Notes: generated from the sequence alone by a model not told the origin. Counted from the first letter of the stretch, positions 18,574 to 28,375 are shown. The stretch is DNA of 64,000 nt from Vicinamibacterales bacterium (GCA_041394725.1 JAWKHR010000034.1:3410-67409), one strand, 5' to 3'. Made by a program: numbers and translations.

Positions 18574-19521
18574 ATGCGCCCGCACGCCCTGCTGCTGCCG
18601 ATTCTCCTCGTGGCCCTGCTGGTTCCGGCCTGCGACCGCGCGGTTGATCCCGCGACCGGCGACGACGCCGGCGTCTCGACGGCCCGCCTGATCGGCCAGG
18701 CGCGCGACCTCGATCTCGCCGGGCGCCACGCCGAGGCCATCCCGATCTTCCGGCGGGCGCTGGCGCGCGATGCGGACAGCTTCGACGCGCACTACGGGCT
18801 GGCGCGCGCGCTCGACCTGGACGGCCAGTACGCGGAGGCGCGCGAGCACTTCACCCGCGCGATCGCCCTGGCCTCGGACTCCACGCGCGAGCAGGCGCAG
18901 CGGATGCTGGGCATCGCCTGGACCTTTGCCGGCGATGCCGGCGAGGCGGCCCCCTGGTTCCGCCGCGTCTACGACGCGCGTCTCGCGGCCGGCAACCTGC
19001 TGGACGCCGCCGACGTCGCCAGTGAACTGGGACGCGTCTACCTGGAGCTGGACGACGTGGACCAGGCCGAGACGTGGTATCGAACCGGATTCGAGACCTC
19101 GGAACGGGAACCCGGCCGTACGCCGGCCCAGGTGAACCTCGCGGCGTTCCGGTGGGCCCACGCGCAGGCGCGGATCGCCGCCCGCCGCGGGTCCGAGGCC
19201 GAGGCGCGGCGCCGGATGGCCGCCGCCCGCGAGATCCTGGATCGCGGCGGCAACGACGACCAGCGGATCCAGTATGCCTACCTGGCCGGCTACGTCGAGT
19301 ACTCCCTGGGCCACGACCGCGCCGCCATCGAGGCACTCGAACGGGCGGACCAGGAGGATCCCTTCATCCTGCTGCTCCTCGCCCGCGCGCACGAGCGGCT
19401 CGGCGAGGTCGATGCCGCGCACGCGTACTACGCGCGCGTGCTCGCCTCGAGCTCGCACGCCGTGAACAACGCGTTCGCGCGGCCCGCGGCGCGGCGCGCA
19501 CTCGACCCTGCGATCCGGTAA
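18574..19521 (+). CDS. TPR repeat lipoprotein
   Basis: Tail of ORF 16852..19521 from ATG 18574. MRPHALLLPILLVALLVPAC lipobox, followed by TPR-like helices. Confidence 0.75.
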   Translation: MRPHALLLPILLVALLVPACDRAVDPATGDDAGVSTARLIGQARDLDLAGRHAEAIPIFRRALARDADSFDAHYGLARALDLDGQYAEAREHFTRAIALASDSTREQAQRMLGIAWTFAGDAGEAAPWFRRVYDARLAAGNLLDAADVASELGRVYLELDDVDQAETWYRTGFETSEREPGRTPAQVNLAAFRWAHAQARIAARRGSEAEARRRMAAAREILDRGGNDDQRIQYAYLAGYVEYSLGHDRAAIEALERADQEDPFILLLLARAHERLGEVDAAHAYYARVLASSSHAVNNAFARPAARRALDPAIR

Positions 19522-19668
19522 CACCGGCCGCCCTCGTGCCTCGCCATCCGCGGCGGGCTGGCGACCGGCGGGCTGGCACGGCTCTTGAACCCCTGATCCC
19601 CATCGTGCGGATCCCTCCATCCGCATGGGGCGGATGGCGTGTGGACGCACGAGAAAGGAGAGTTCCGC

Positions 19669-21291
19669 ATGCGCATGACTGCCATCCTCCTGAGCGGGGC
19701 GTGCCTGCTGCCGGCGATGGCAGCCGCCGCCGTGTCCTCGCAACAGCCGGAAACCACCTCGTCGTCCGTCGCCCCGGACACCGCCATGGCGACGGCCACG
19801 GCGACGGCGATGCCGGCGGCGACTTCGCAGGACCAGTCCGACGGCGCGCCCGACACGATGCGGCACGCGATGACGAACGCCGACGTCCTGGACGCCGTCG
19901 AGGACGAGCTGCTCGTCGATCGACGCGTGCCGAGCCGCCACGTGACGGTCCAGTTCGTCGACGGGATCGTGACGCTCACCGGCACCGTCGACAATCTGGT
20001 CGCGAAGGAACGCGCCGCGCGGATCGCCGAAACGGTCAAGGGGGTCCAGAGCGTCGTGAACCGGATCACCGTCCAGCCGATCGAAACGCGGACGGGCGCC
20101 GAACTGCGCGGCGACGTGGTGCACGCGCTCGCCGTGGATCCGGCCACCGAGTCCTACGAGGTGGACGTCTCGGCCACCGACGACGGGCAGGTGACGCTCC
20201 AGGGCGAGGTCGATTCCTGGGCCGAGCAGCACCTGGCCGGCCTGGTCACCAAGGGCGTCGCGGGCGTGACCGCGCTCCAGAACAACATCGAGGTCCGGCC
20301 GTCGGCCATGCGGCCCGACGCGGAGATCGCCGCCGACATCCGCGGCCGCATCGACTGGTCCACGCTCGTGGACGGCGCGCTCGTCACCGTCGACGTCGAC
20401 GACGGCGCGGTGAATCTGACGGGCACGGTCGGCAGCGCGGCCGAGAAGCGGCAGGCCGGCCTGCTCGCCTGGACCAGCGGCGTCCGTACCGTGGACACCG
20501 ACGGGCTGACGGTCAGCCGCTGGGCGCGCGACCCGGACCTGCGCGAGAAGAAATACGTGAACAAGCCCGATGGGGAGGTCCAGCAGGCCGTCGAGAACGC
20601 CCTGCTGCTGGACCCCCGCGTGAACAGCCAGCGCGTGGACGCGAGCGTCGACCACGGCCTGGTGACGCTGCGCGGTACGGTCACCAGCCCCAGTGCGGCG
20701 GAAGCCGCGCGCACCGACGCCCGTCACACCGTCGGTGTCGGATCGGTCCGCGACCACCTGAAGGTCGAGCCGGCCTCGGCACGGTCCGACGCGGCGATCG
20801 CCAGCGACGTCCGTGACGCGATCGGCCGCAACGCGTTCCTCGACCGCCAGGACGTCACGGTGACGGCAATCAACGGCACGGCCTACCTCTATGGCACGGT
20901 GGACTCGTATCTCGAGAAGGTCGAGGCCGAACGCGCCGCGTCGCACGTCCGGGGCGTGGCCGAGGTCGCGAATGAACTGGTCGTGCGCCAGCCGGCGTGG
21001 ATGGGCTACGACCCGTACGTGGACGACGCGTCCATCTACGACTACCCCTGGTACACCTGGGCGCCGGCCCACAGCTGGACGCCGGACCACGAGATCCAGG
21101 ACGACATCGAGAGCCAGCTCTGGTGGAGCCCGTTCGTCGATTCCGACGAGGTCACGGTGACCGTCGACGACGGCGTGGCTCGCCTGACCGGGACGGTGGA
21201 TTCCTGGTCGGAGTACAACGCGGCGACCGACAACGCCTTCGAGGGCGGCGCCGTGTGGGTCGACAACGACCTGGTCGTGGACGTCGGCTGA
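19669..21291 (+). CDS. multi-BON domain protein (OsmY-like), secreted
   Basis: ATG 19669, 6 nt after aaaggagag. Signal peptide, then at least five repeats of the BON pattern (VTVQFVDGIVTLTGTVDNLVAKERAARIAETVKGVQSVVNRITV and similar). Confidence 0.85.
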   Translation: MRMTAILLSGACLLPAMAAAAVSSQQPETTSSSVAPDTAMATATATAMPAATSQDQSDGAPDTMRHAMTNADVLDAVEDELLVDRRVPSRHVTVQFVDGIVTLTGTVDNLVAKERAARIAETVKGVQSVVNRITVQPIETRTGAELRGDVVHALAVDPATESYEVDVSATDDGQVTLQGEVDSWAEQHLAGLVTKGVAGVTALQNNIEVRPSAMRPDAEIAADIRGRIDWSTLVDGALVTVDVDDGAVNLTGTVGSAAEKRQAGLLAWTSGVRTVDTDGLTVSRWARDPDLREKKYVNKPDGEVQQAVENALLLDPRVNSQRVDASVDHGLVTLRGTVTSPSAAEAARTDARHTVGVGSVRDHLKVEPASARSDAAIASDVRDAIGRNAFLDRQDVTVTAINGTAYLYGTVDSYLEKVEAERAASHVRGVAEVANELVVRQPAWMGYDPYVDDASIYDYPWYTWAPAHSWTPDHEIQDDIESQLWWSPFVDSDEVTVTVDDGVARLTGTVDSWSEYNAATDNAFEGGAVWVDNDLVVDVG

Positions 21292-22427
21292 CGCCGACCA
21301 CGGCTCGGGCGGCCGGCGGTCGAGGCCGCCGATTCGGGTGCCACCTGCCCGGTGGCACCCGTCGCCCACGTCCCGCCGGGCTCGCCGCTCTCGAGGCGCC
21401 GGACCAGCGCCGGCAGGAGGACGTCGAGCTCGGACCGCAGCCGCCCTTCCACGATTCGACGGGCCAGGAACCCGAACATCCCGCTCACCACGTCCACGTC
21501 GAGCCGGTCGAGGACGATCAGATAGCCCGGCGTCCCGGGTCGTGCGCCAACCACCGCGGTCAGGTTCAACCCGCCGTTGATGTAGTGCGTGGCGAAGACC
21601 GGCGTGCTGACGACGAACGCGTCACCCGCCCGGTCACCCGTCCCGCGCGCGACGACCACGTGCGTGACGAGGATCACCGGCTTCCCGCCGAATCGCTCCT
21701 TGGACCAGTAGAAAAAGGATTCGTCCCACGGCGCGCCCCCGCGCGGGTACCGTTCGAGGGCGCGGGCGAGCGACGCCACTGGCTCGCCGAGGCACGCCGA
21801 CCGATCGACGATCGTGCGGAAGACCGCGGAGAGGTCCGGGGCTCCGCCGCCGTCGGCATACCGGCCGATCGCGGCGTGACCACCCGCCCGGTAGGCCGCC
21901 AGTCGCTCGAGCACCAGCTCCCGAAACGCAGCCTGCACACGCGCGCGCCAGTCGTCGCCCGCGGCGGCCGTCACGGCGCGCAGACGCGCGATTTCGGTCT
22001 CGGTCAGTTTCACGGCGCAGTCGCCGGGCCGGCACCGTCGGATCGCGTCGAGATCCGCGGCGTCGAGCGAGAGACCGTCGAGGTCGGACGCCGCCGGCGG
22101 ATCGGACAGCCGCGCGATGGCGACGACCGCGTCGCTCCGCTTGAGCGCGTCGATGCGTCGAACCCAGGCGACGAGCCGTGCCCCGTCCGCCGACGTGCGC
22201 TGCGCGCCGAAGACCGCGATGCGCCGGTCGTCCTCGGGCAGCGATCGTGCGACGGTGGAGCCCGCCTCGACGCGGGCCCGGTCCTGGGCCGAAAGGGACG
22301 CGCACGAGGCGACCACTCCGAACGGGTCGGCCTGCCCCGCCGGCCGGGCGGGCGGTTCGCGCGCGGGCGCGACGGCGAGACAGGCCGCCAGCAGACCTGG
22401 TCCGGCCGCCCGCCACGGCCCGGTCAC
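21042..22427 (-). CDS. conserved-looking hypothetical secreted protein, coupled to the upstream monooxygenase fusion
   Basis: C-terminal part of ORF 21042..23612, from GTG 22427 (GTGA overlap with the upstream stop at 22424). VTGPWRAAGPGLLAACLAVAPA signal, then a structured-looking core (LDAADLDAIRRCRPGDCAVKLTETEI...FFYWSKERFGGKPVILVTHVVV...FATHYINGGLNLTAVV). The last roughly 115 aa are low-complexity and run antisense into the BON gene. Confidence 0.6.
   Translation of the reverse strand: MTGPWRAAGPGLLAACLAVAPAREPPARPAGQADPFGVVASCASLSAQDRARVEAGSTVARSLPEDDRRIAVFGAQRTSADGARLVAWVRRIDALKRSDAVVAIARLSDPPAASDLDGLSLDAADLDAIRRCRPGDCAVKLTETEIARLRAVTAAAGDDWRARVQAAFRELVLERLAAYRAGGHAAIGRYADGGGAPDLSAVFRTIVDRSACLGEPVASLARALERYPRGGAPWDESFFYWSKERFGGKPVILVTHVVVARGTGDRAGDAFVVSTPVFATHYINGGLNLTAVVGARPGTPGYLIVLDRLDVDVVSGMFGFLARRIVEGRLRSELDVLLPALVRRLESGEPGGTWATGATGQVAPESAASTAGRPSRGRRQPTSTTRSLSTHTAPPSKALSVAALYSDQESTVPVRRATPSSTVTVTSSESTNGLHQSWLSMSSWISWSGVQLWAGAQVYQG
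21313..21360. terminator. two tandem GC hairpins between or within convergent genes (possible bidirectional terminator)
   Basis: cggcgg-tcgagg-ccgccg (21313-21330), then a perfect 10-bp stem gggtgccacc-tgccc-ggtggcaccc (21336-21360), 22-69 nt after the BON stop. No T-tract. Confidence 0.4.
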
Positions 22428-24352
22428 GGCCGGCGAATCCCCATCCGCTCGAGTCGTCGGAGGTTGTCGAGGGCGGGCGCGTAGGTGGGATCGATCGCAA
22501 GCGCGCGGCGCGTGTGCTGAAGGGCCTCGACGTACCGGCCGACCGCGGCCAGCGCGCCGCCGTAGTTGGCGTGGATGACCGCCGAGTCCGGCCGGATCTC
22601 GACCGCGCGCTGATAGTGGTCGAGGGCCTCGGCGCGGCGGCCCCGTGAGAACAGCAGCACCGCGAGGTTGACGTGGGCGTCCGGGAAGGCCGGGTTGACC
22701 GAGAGCGCACGGCGGTAGGCGGCTTCCGCCTCCTCCGGTCGCGCGGTCCGCCCGAGTGCGTTCCCCAGGTTGAACTGGATGCGCTCGTCGCCGGGCGCGA
22801 GGGCGGCCGCGCGGCGCAGCGCCTCGACCGCCTCGCCCGCCCGGTCGAGCGCCATCAGCGCCAGGCCGAGATCGTTCCAGGTCATCGAAGACGCGTCCCC
22901 GAGCCGAATCGCCGCCCGCAGGTGCGGCACGGCCTCGGCGAACCGGCCGACATCCACGTACGTCGCGCCGAGCAGCGCGCGGTGCTCGGCGACGTCCGGC
23001 TCCTCGCGGGCGCGCGCCTCGGCGGCGAGCATGTTGGCGATCCGGCCGCGCTGATCGAAGGCGTCGAGCAGGACCGCCGCGTCGGCCGCCGACGCCGGCA
23101 GAATCTGCAGACCGAGCTCGGCCATCTCGTCGGTCGACCGCGCGCCGCCACGAACGCGCACCGGCGGCCGGTGCGGGTTGTCGGGATTGCCCTCGGAATT
23201 GTCGTACGTGTACTGCATGGTCAGCCGGGTCCCGCGCGGGAGCGGGATCGGTGTGACGAACCGGTAGTCCTGCTGCCAGTGGAAGCTCCACCGGGGAATG
23301 TGGAGCAGCGTCCGGACCGCGCCGTCCGGCAGCGTCGCCGTCACGCGCATCTCGCGTCCGAGGTAGTGCGCGTGGGGGTACAGGCTCATGAGCTGTACCG
23401 GTACCGGCAGCTCGTAGGTGTCGGAAACGACGTAGTCGGATCGGCCGGCCGGAATGTCGATGAGCTTCGTGCCCATGCGCACCGCGACGGGCGTGCGCGC
23501 CGGCGCCGCGTCCGTGAGGAAGAGACCGACGACCGGCTGAACGGACTGGGGCGTCCCGCCCGGAATCATGTGCAGTTCGATGACGAGGTCGGTGCCTCGC
23601 TCGAGGCGCCACGGCATGCCCTCGGGCGCGACGATCGGGCCGCGCCCGGGCGCCCAGCCGAGGAACTGGCCGTCCGGGTCCTCGATGCCCTCGAGCGCCA
23701 TGCCGTCGAAGCCCGGCTGCCCGTCGGCCCCATCACGCCGGCGCGACGCCAACGACCGGTCCAGCCGGATGACGGCGTGGTGAATCGGCGCGCCGCCCGT
23801 GCGGACCTCGACCGCGCGAACCCAGGCATCCGCCGTGAGCGACGTGCGCAGGAGGAGATGGCGGTAGACGTCCTCCGTCCCAGGCGCGAGGGTGTACGGC
23901 CGCGCGGCCGTAGCAAGCGCGTCGGGCGTACCGAGCATCCAGTCGTCGCTGAAGGTCGGAACCGCCGGCCTGTCCGCCGGCTCTCCCTCGGGCACGCCGT
24001 CACGCACCCACGCCTGGAGCGTCTGGATCTGCGCGTCGGTCAGCCGGCGATCGCCCTGGATCGGGAACTCGCCCGGAGCCGGCAGCCAGGGCGGCATGCG
24101 CCGCTCGCGCGTCTCGCCGGCCACGTCGTCGGCGTGCGCGGCGGCCTCGGCGTAGGTCAGGACCGAGAACGGCCCGATGCCGCCGGGCCGATGGCAGGCC
24201 GCGCAATGCGCGAACAGGATCGGCGCGACGTCCCGGTTGTACGTCACCGCCGGCGCCGGCGAACGTCCGCCGCACGCCGCAGCGACGAGCGCCGCGACGA
24301 GCGCCGCGGCCCACCTCCAGCCCTGCATCCCGACCACCCTGGGCCCCGACAA
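22424..24352 (-). CDS. cytochrome c (CxxCH) + PHM/DBH-like copper monooxygenase-like + TPR fusion lipoprotein
   Basis: 642 aa. Lipobox VAAAC and heme motif FAHCAACHRPGGIGPF. Candidate copper ligands in PHM order: IHHAV, ELHMIP, YPHAHYLGREM, LTMQY. C-terminal roughly 230 aa are TPR repeats. Confidence 0.75.
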   Translation of the reverse strand: MSGPRVVGMQGWRWAAALVAALVAAACGGRSPAPAVTYNRDVAPILFAHCAACHRPGGIGPFSVLTYAEAAAHADDVAGETRERRMPPWLPAPGEFPIQGDRRLTDAQIQTLQAWVRDGVPEGEPADRPAVPTFSDDWMLGTPDALATAARPYTLAPGTEDVYRHLLLRTSLTADAWVRAVEVRTGGAPIHHAVIRLDRSLASRRRDGADGQPGFDGMALEGIEDPDGQFLGWAPGRGPIVAPEGMPWRLERGTDLVIELHMIPGGTPQSVQPVVGLFLTDAAPARTPVAVRMGTKLIDIPAGRSDYVVSDTYELPVPVQLMSLYPHAHYLGREMRVTATLPDGAVRTLLHIPRWSFHWQQDYRFVTPIPLPRGTRLTMQYTYDNSEGNPDNPHRPPVRVRGGARSTDEMAELGLQILPASAADAAVLLDAFDQRGRIANMLAAEARAREEPDVAEHRALLGATYVDVGRFAEAVPHLRAAIRLGDASSMTWNDLGLALMALDRAGEAVEALRRAAALAPGDERIQFNLGNALGRTARPEEAEAAYRRALSVNPAFPDAHVNLAVLLFSRGRRAEALDHYQRAVEIRPDSAVIHANYGGALAAVGRYVEALQHTRRALAIDPTYAPALDNLRRLERMGIRRP

Positions 24353-24431
24353 TCCGAGCGCGTGGGGCGGCCGGGCCGGGGGCGAATTGCCAGTGTAGCG
24401 CGGGAGCAGACGGGACCGGCGGCCCCGCCAG

Positions 24432-24692
24432 TCACCCCGACAGGGGAATCCGCGCCGAGACGATCGCGCCGGGCGTCCGCTCGTGGCCCTGCTTGCGACA
24501 GTGAGGGCAGAAGTACTCGTTGAAGGTCTGGTAGCCGGGATAGGCCGGCAGGTCCTCGCATTCGAGCTCGATCGCGCCGTCGCAACTGGCGCACCGTGTC
24601 CCCACGATCACGTGTGACCGGACACCGCCCAGGTCCGCCGGCCCGCCGGACCAATCCTGTCTCAGCACATCGCCTCCCCGGTCACCCGCCAT
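24432..24692 (-). CDS. small zinc-ribbon-like protein (CxxC...CxxC)
   Basis: ORF 24432..24710 trimmed to ATG 24692 (gagggg 6 nt upstream). CASCDG...28 aa...CPHCRKQ. No family recognised. Confidence 0.5.
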   Translation of the reverse strand: MAGDRGGDVLRQDWSGGPADLGGVRSHVIVGTRCASCDGAIELECEDLPAYPGYQTFNEYFCPHCRKQGHERTPGAIVSARIPLSG

Positions 24693-24811
24693 GACTCGCC
24701 CCTCGTGCACCCGGCCGTCCTCAGCGACCCCGGCGGTCCGGTCGCGCGTCGTTCGCTGTCCGCTGCCAGCCGCGTTTTCCGTTCATCCGATCACAGGGAG
24801 ATGGTCGTCCC

Positions 24812-25396
24812 TCAGGACGACGGGGGCGGCTGCCCGAGCTGGGCGAACAGCCATGTGCGCGCCTTGATCCAGTCGCGCCGGACGGTCCGGTCCGTGACGC
24901 CGAGCGCCTGCGCGACGTCCTCGTCGGTCATGCCGCCGAAGAAGCGGCACTCGACGAGACGCGCCAGCCGCTCGTCCTCGGCGGCCAGGCGGCCGAGCGC
25001 CTGGTCCACGGCCAGGATGAGGTCGGCCTGCGCGTCCACCGAGAGGTGCCGTTCGTCGAGCTCGACCGGCGTCCGGTCGCCACCGCGTTTGCGGGCGCCG
25101 CGGGCCCGCGCGGCATCGACGAGGACCGTGCGCATGACCCGGGCCGCGTACGCGTAGAAGTGCGCGCGATCCTCGAACCGCGCCTCGCGCTGGTCCACCA
25201 GCCGCAGGTAGGCCTCGTGGATCAGGACGGTCGTGGTCAGCGTCCGGCCCGCGGGCTGGCCGGCGAGTTGCCGCCGCGCCAGGCGCCGGAGCTCCTGGTA
25301 GACGAGCGGGAAGATCTCGTCGAGCGCCGCGCGGTCGCCCGCGGCGGACCGCTGCAGGATGCGCGTGACGTGACCGGGGGGCGGCGGCGTGGTCAT
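24812..25396 (-). CDS. ECF-type RNA polymerase sigma factor (kinase-associated TIGR02999-like group)
   Basis: Trimmed to ATG 25396. VTRILQRSAAGDRAALDEIFPLVYQELRRLARRQL...TTVLIHEAYLRL...RLVECRFFGGMTDEDVAQALGVTDRTVRRDWIKARTWL. Confidence 0.85.
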   Translation of the reverse strand: MTTPPPPGHVTRILQRSAAGDRAALDEIFPLVYQELRRLARRQLAGQPAGRTLTTTVLIHEAYLRLVDQREARFEDRAHFYAYAARVMRTVLVDAARARGARKRGGDRTPVELDERHLSVDAQADLILAVDQALGRLAAEDERLARLVECRFFGGMTDEDVAQALGVTDRTVRRDWIKARTWLFAQLGQPPPSS

Positions 25397-25467
25397 GATC
25401 GGATCGGGGGCCCCCGCTATGATAGGCGCTCCCCCACCCGCTGCGCGACGCACGCGACGGAGGCGAC

Positions 25468-28374
25468 ATGAGCGGTATTCCCCTGTCGGACTGGGACGAC
25501 GTCGGCGACCTGGTGGAGCATGCGCTCGACCTGCCGGCCGCCGACCGCGACGCGCACCTGCAGGCCGCGTGCGCGGACGACGCCGCGCGGCTGGCGCGTG
25601 CCCGCCGCGTGCTGGCCGCCGCCGACGCGGCCCGGTCGTTCCTGGCCCGCCCCGCCGCCGACGTGGCCGCCGACCTCGCGGTCGATGCCGGACTCGATGC
25701 CGGCGACGCGGACGACGACCCGGCGCGGCCCGGGGATCCGGCGGAAGCCGGCTCCCTCGGCGCCTACCGCCTGCTGCGGCGCATCGGTCGCGGCGGCATG
25801 GGCGAGGTCTACCTCGCCGAGCGGGCCGACGACGAGTTCCGGCGACAGGTCGCCATCAAGATCGTCCGCCCGGGCCTCGGCGACGACCTGATCGCCAGGT
25901 TCCGACACGAACGCCAGCTGCTGGCCTCGCTCCAGCACCCGCACATCGCGCAGCTCTTCGACGGCGGCGTCACCGACGACGGGCGGCCGTACCTCGTCAT
26001 GGAATACGTCGACGGCCGGCCGCTCGACCGGCACGCCGACGACGGCGGGCTCTCGGTCGACGCGCGGCTCGGCCTGTTCCTGCAGATCTGCGACGCGGTC
26101 GAGAGCGCGCACCGGCGGCTCGTCGTCCACCGCGACCTGAAGCCCGGCAACGTGCTCGTGACGCGCGACGGCGTGACGAAGCTCCTCGACTTCGGTGTCG
26201 CCAAGCTCCTCGAGCCCGATCCCGGCGCGGACACCCCCGAGACCCGTGCCGGCTTCCGCGTGATGACGCCGGAGTACGCGAGCCCGGAACAGTTCCTCGG
26301 CGAGCCCTCGTCGACCGCCACCGACGTCTACGCGCTGGGCGCCGTGCTCTACGAGCTCCTGACCGGCGTGCGCGCCCACGAGGCGCCCCACGGCTCGCTG
26401 AAGGACCTGGAACAGCTCGTCCTCGAGCGCGAGCCGGACCCGCCGAGCACGGCGTGCCGTCGCACGTCGCCGGCCGGCCCGCCCGACGATCGCGCCCGGA
26501 CCCGCGGCACCACCGTGGACGGCCTGGCGCGCCAGCTGCGCGGCGACCTCGACAACATCGTGCTGACCGCGATGCGGCGCGAGCCCGACCGGCGTTATCC
26601 CTCGGTCGCCGCGCTGCGCGCGGACCTGGAACGACATCGCGAGGGGTTGCCGGTCTCCGCGCGGCCGGCCACCGTCGGCTATCGCGCCGCCAAGTTCGTC
26701 CGCCGCCACCGCGCGGCCGTCGCCGCCGCCGTCCTCGTCGGCGCGGCGATCGTCATCGGCACGACGACGACGCTGGTGCAGGCGCGCGCGGCGGCACGGG
26801 AGGGCCGGCGGGCGGAGCAGATCCGCGACTTCCTCGTCGGCGTGTTCGAGATCTCGAACCCGGACGCATCACGCGGCGAGACGGTCACCGCGCGCGAGCT
26901 GCTCGACCGCGGCAGCGAGCGGGTGGACCGCGAGCTGGCCGGAGAGCCGGAGGTGCACGCGGACATGCTCGGCGTGCTCGGCCGGCTCTACCAGCAGCTC
27001 GGCATGTTCGCCGAGGCGCGCATGCACTTCGAGCACGCCCTCACGCTCCAGCGCCAGACACCGGCCGATCCCCTGGCCGTCGTGGACACGCTCACGAGCC
27101 TCGGCGCCGCCGCCTCCGAGCAGGACGACCTGGACCAGGCCGAAGCCTACATCCGCGAAGCGCTCGCCATCGCTACGCGCGAGGAGGGGCCGGAGGGGTC
27201 CGCCGTGGCCGCCGCGACGTCGGATCTCGCCGGGGTCTTCCGCAAGCGTGGCGACTACGAGGAGGCGGAGCGGTTGAACCGCGAGGCGGTCGCCATCCGG
27301 CGGCACCTGGGCGACCCGGCGGGGCTGGCCAGCGCGCTCAACGGCCTGGCCGTGCTCCTGACCGACAGCGGGCACGCTCCGGAAGCCGTCACCACGCTCG
27401 AGGAGGCCCTCGCGCTCGCGAGGCCCGCCGGCGCCGACACGCCGACGACGATGGCGCTCATGCAGTGCAACCTTGCCAACGCGCTGGAGGAAGCGGGGCG
27501 CCCGCAGGACGCGATCCCCGCCTTCGAGACCTGCATCGACCAGCGCCGCCGGCTGCTCGGCGACCGTCACCCGGACCTCGCCGTCTCGCTCAACAGCATG
27601 GGCCTCGTCTACTCGGCGCTCAACCAGTACGACGACGCGGAGCGCGTGTACCGCGAGGCCCTCGACATTCAGCGCGGAGCCTTCGGCGAGCAGCACACCG
27701 CCGTGGCCGCCACGCTCAACAACCTGGCCGTCGTCGCCTACCAGCGCGGCCGGTACGACGAGGCCGCGGCGACGTTCCGCGAGCTGGTGGACGTCTGGCG
27801 CGCCATCCTCGGCCCCGACCATCCGAACACGCTGAACACGACCAACAACCTCGGCATGTCGCTGCGATCGGCGGGCGACCTCGCCGGCGCCGAGCAGGTG
27901 CTGACCGACGTGCTCAACGCCCGCGAGCGCACGCTCGGACACGACAATCCCCAGGTGGGCGACAGCCTGCTGAACCTCGCGGGCGTGCTGCGGCGCGAGG
28001 GCAAGCTCCCCCGCGCCCTGGAACTGACGCGCGAGGCGATCCCGATCCTCGAGCAGGCGTTCCCCGACGGCCACCCGAGCCTCGGCAACGGCTACATGAC
28101 GATGGGACGCATCCAGCTGGACGCCGGGCGCCCCGCGCCCGCACTCGAGGCGTTCGACCGGGCACTGGCGCTCCGGACGGCCATCTTCGGCGCGGAGCAG
28201 CTGCAGTCTGCCGAGGCGCGCGTCTACCGCGGGCGCGCGCTCGCCGCGCTGGGGCGCACGGCCGAGGCGCGCACGGAGATCGAGACGGCCATCGCCCACA
28301 TCACGGCCGCCGGGCTGACCGGGGGCGAGACCTACAAGCTGGCGCAGGAGGCGCTGGCCGCGCTGGGGCGCTGA
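25468..28374 (+). CDS. Ser/Thr protein kinase with TM segment and C-terminal TPR array
   Basis: 968 aa. Kinase motifs GRGGMGEVYLA, VAIKIV, HRDLKPGNVLV and DFGVAKLL. TM segment AAVAAAVLVGAAIVIGTTTTL, then many TPR units (LNNLAVVAYQRGRYDEA and similar). Confidence 0.9.
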   Translation: MSGIPLSDWDDVGDLVEHALDLPAADRDAHLQAACADDAARLARARRVLAAADAARSFLARPAADVAADLAVDAGLDAGDADDDPARPGDPAEAGSLGAYRLLRRIGRGGMGEVYLAERADDEFRRQVAIKIVRPGLGDDLIARFRHERQLLASLQHPHIAQLFDGGVTDDGRPYLVMEYVDGRPLDRHADDGGLSVDARLGLFLQICDAVESAHRRLVVHRDLKPGNVLVTRDGVTKLLDFGVAKLLEPDPGADTPETRAGFRVMTPEYASPEQFLGEPSSTATDVYALGAVLYELLTGVRAHEAPHGSLKDLEQLVLEREPDPPSTACRRTSPAGPPDDRARTRGTTVDGLARQLRGDLDNIVLTAMRREPDRRYPSVAALRADLERHREGLPVSARPATVGYRAAKFVRRHRAAVAAAVLVGAAIVIGTTTTLVQARAAAREGRRAEQIRDFLVGVFEISNPDASRGETVTARELLDRGSERVDRELAGEPEVHADMLGVLGRLYQQLGMFAEARMHFEHALTLQRQTPADPLAVVDTLTSLGAAASEQDDLDQAEAYIREALAIATREEGPEGSAVAAATSDLAGVFRKRGDYEEAERLNREAVAIRRHLGDPAGLASALNGLAVLLTDSGHAPEAVTTLEEALALARPAGADTPTTMALMQCNLANALEEAGRPQDAIPAFETCIDQRRRLLGDRHPDLAVSLNSMGLVYSALNQYDDAERVYREALDIQRGAFGEQHTAVAATLNNLAVVAYQRGRYDEAAATFRELVDVWRAILGPDHPNTLNTTNNLGMSLRSAGDLAGAEQVLTDVLNARERTLGHDNPQVGDSLLNLAGVLRREGKLPRALELTREAIPILEQAFPDGHPSLGNGYMTMGRIQLDAGRPAPALEAFDRALALRTAIFGAEQLQSAEARVYRGRALAALGRTAEARTEIETAIAHITAAGLTGGETYKLAQEALAALGR

Positions 28375-28375
28375 G

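Noticed and set aside
18389-18691. Small ORFs in the rSAM / TPR divergent region as a RiPP precursor peptide
   Set aside because: The candidates overlap the lipoprotein gene in another frame. They lack an RBS and have shadow-like composition, and there is no associated protease or transporter.
18508-21369. 953-aa minus-strand ORF
   Set aside because: It is antisense to the TPR lipoprotein and BON genes, which have signal peptides, RBSs and repeated domain patterns. The ORF itself has shadow-type composition.
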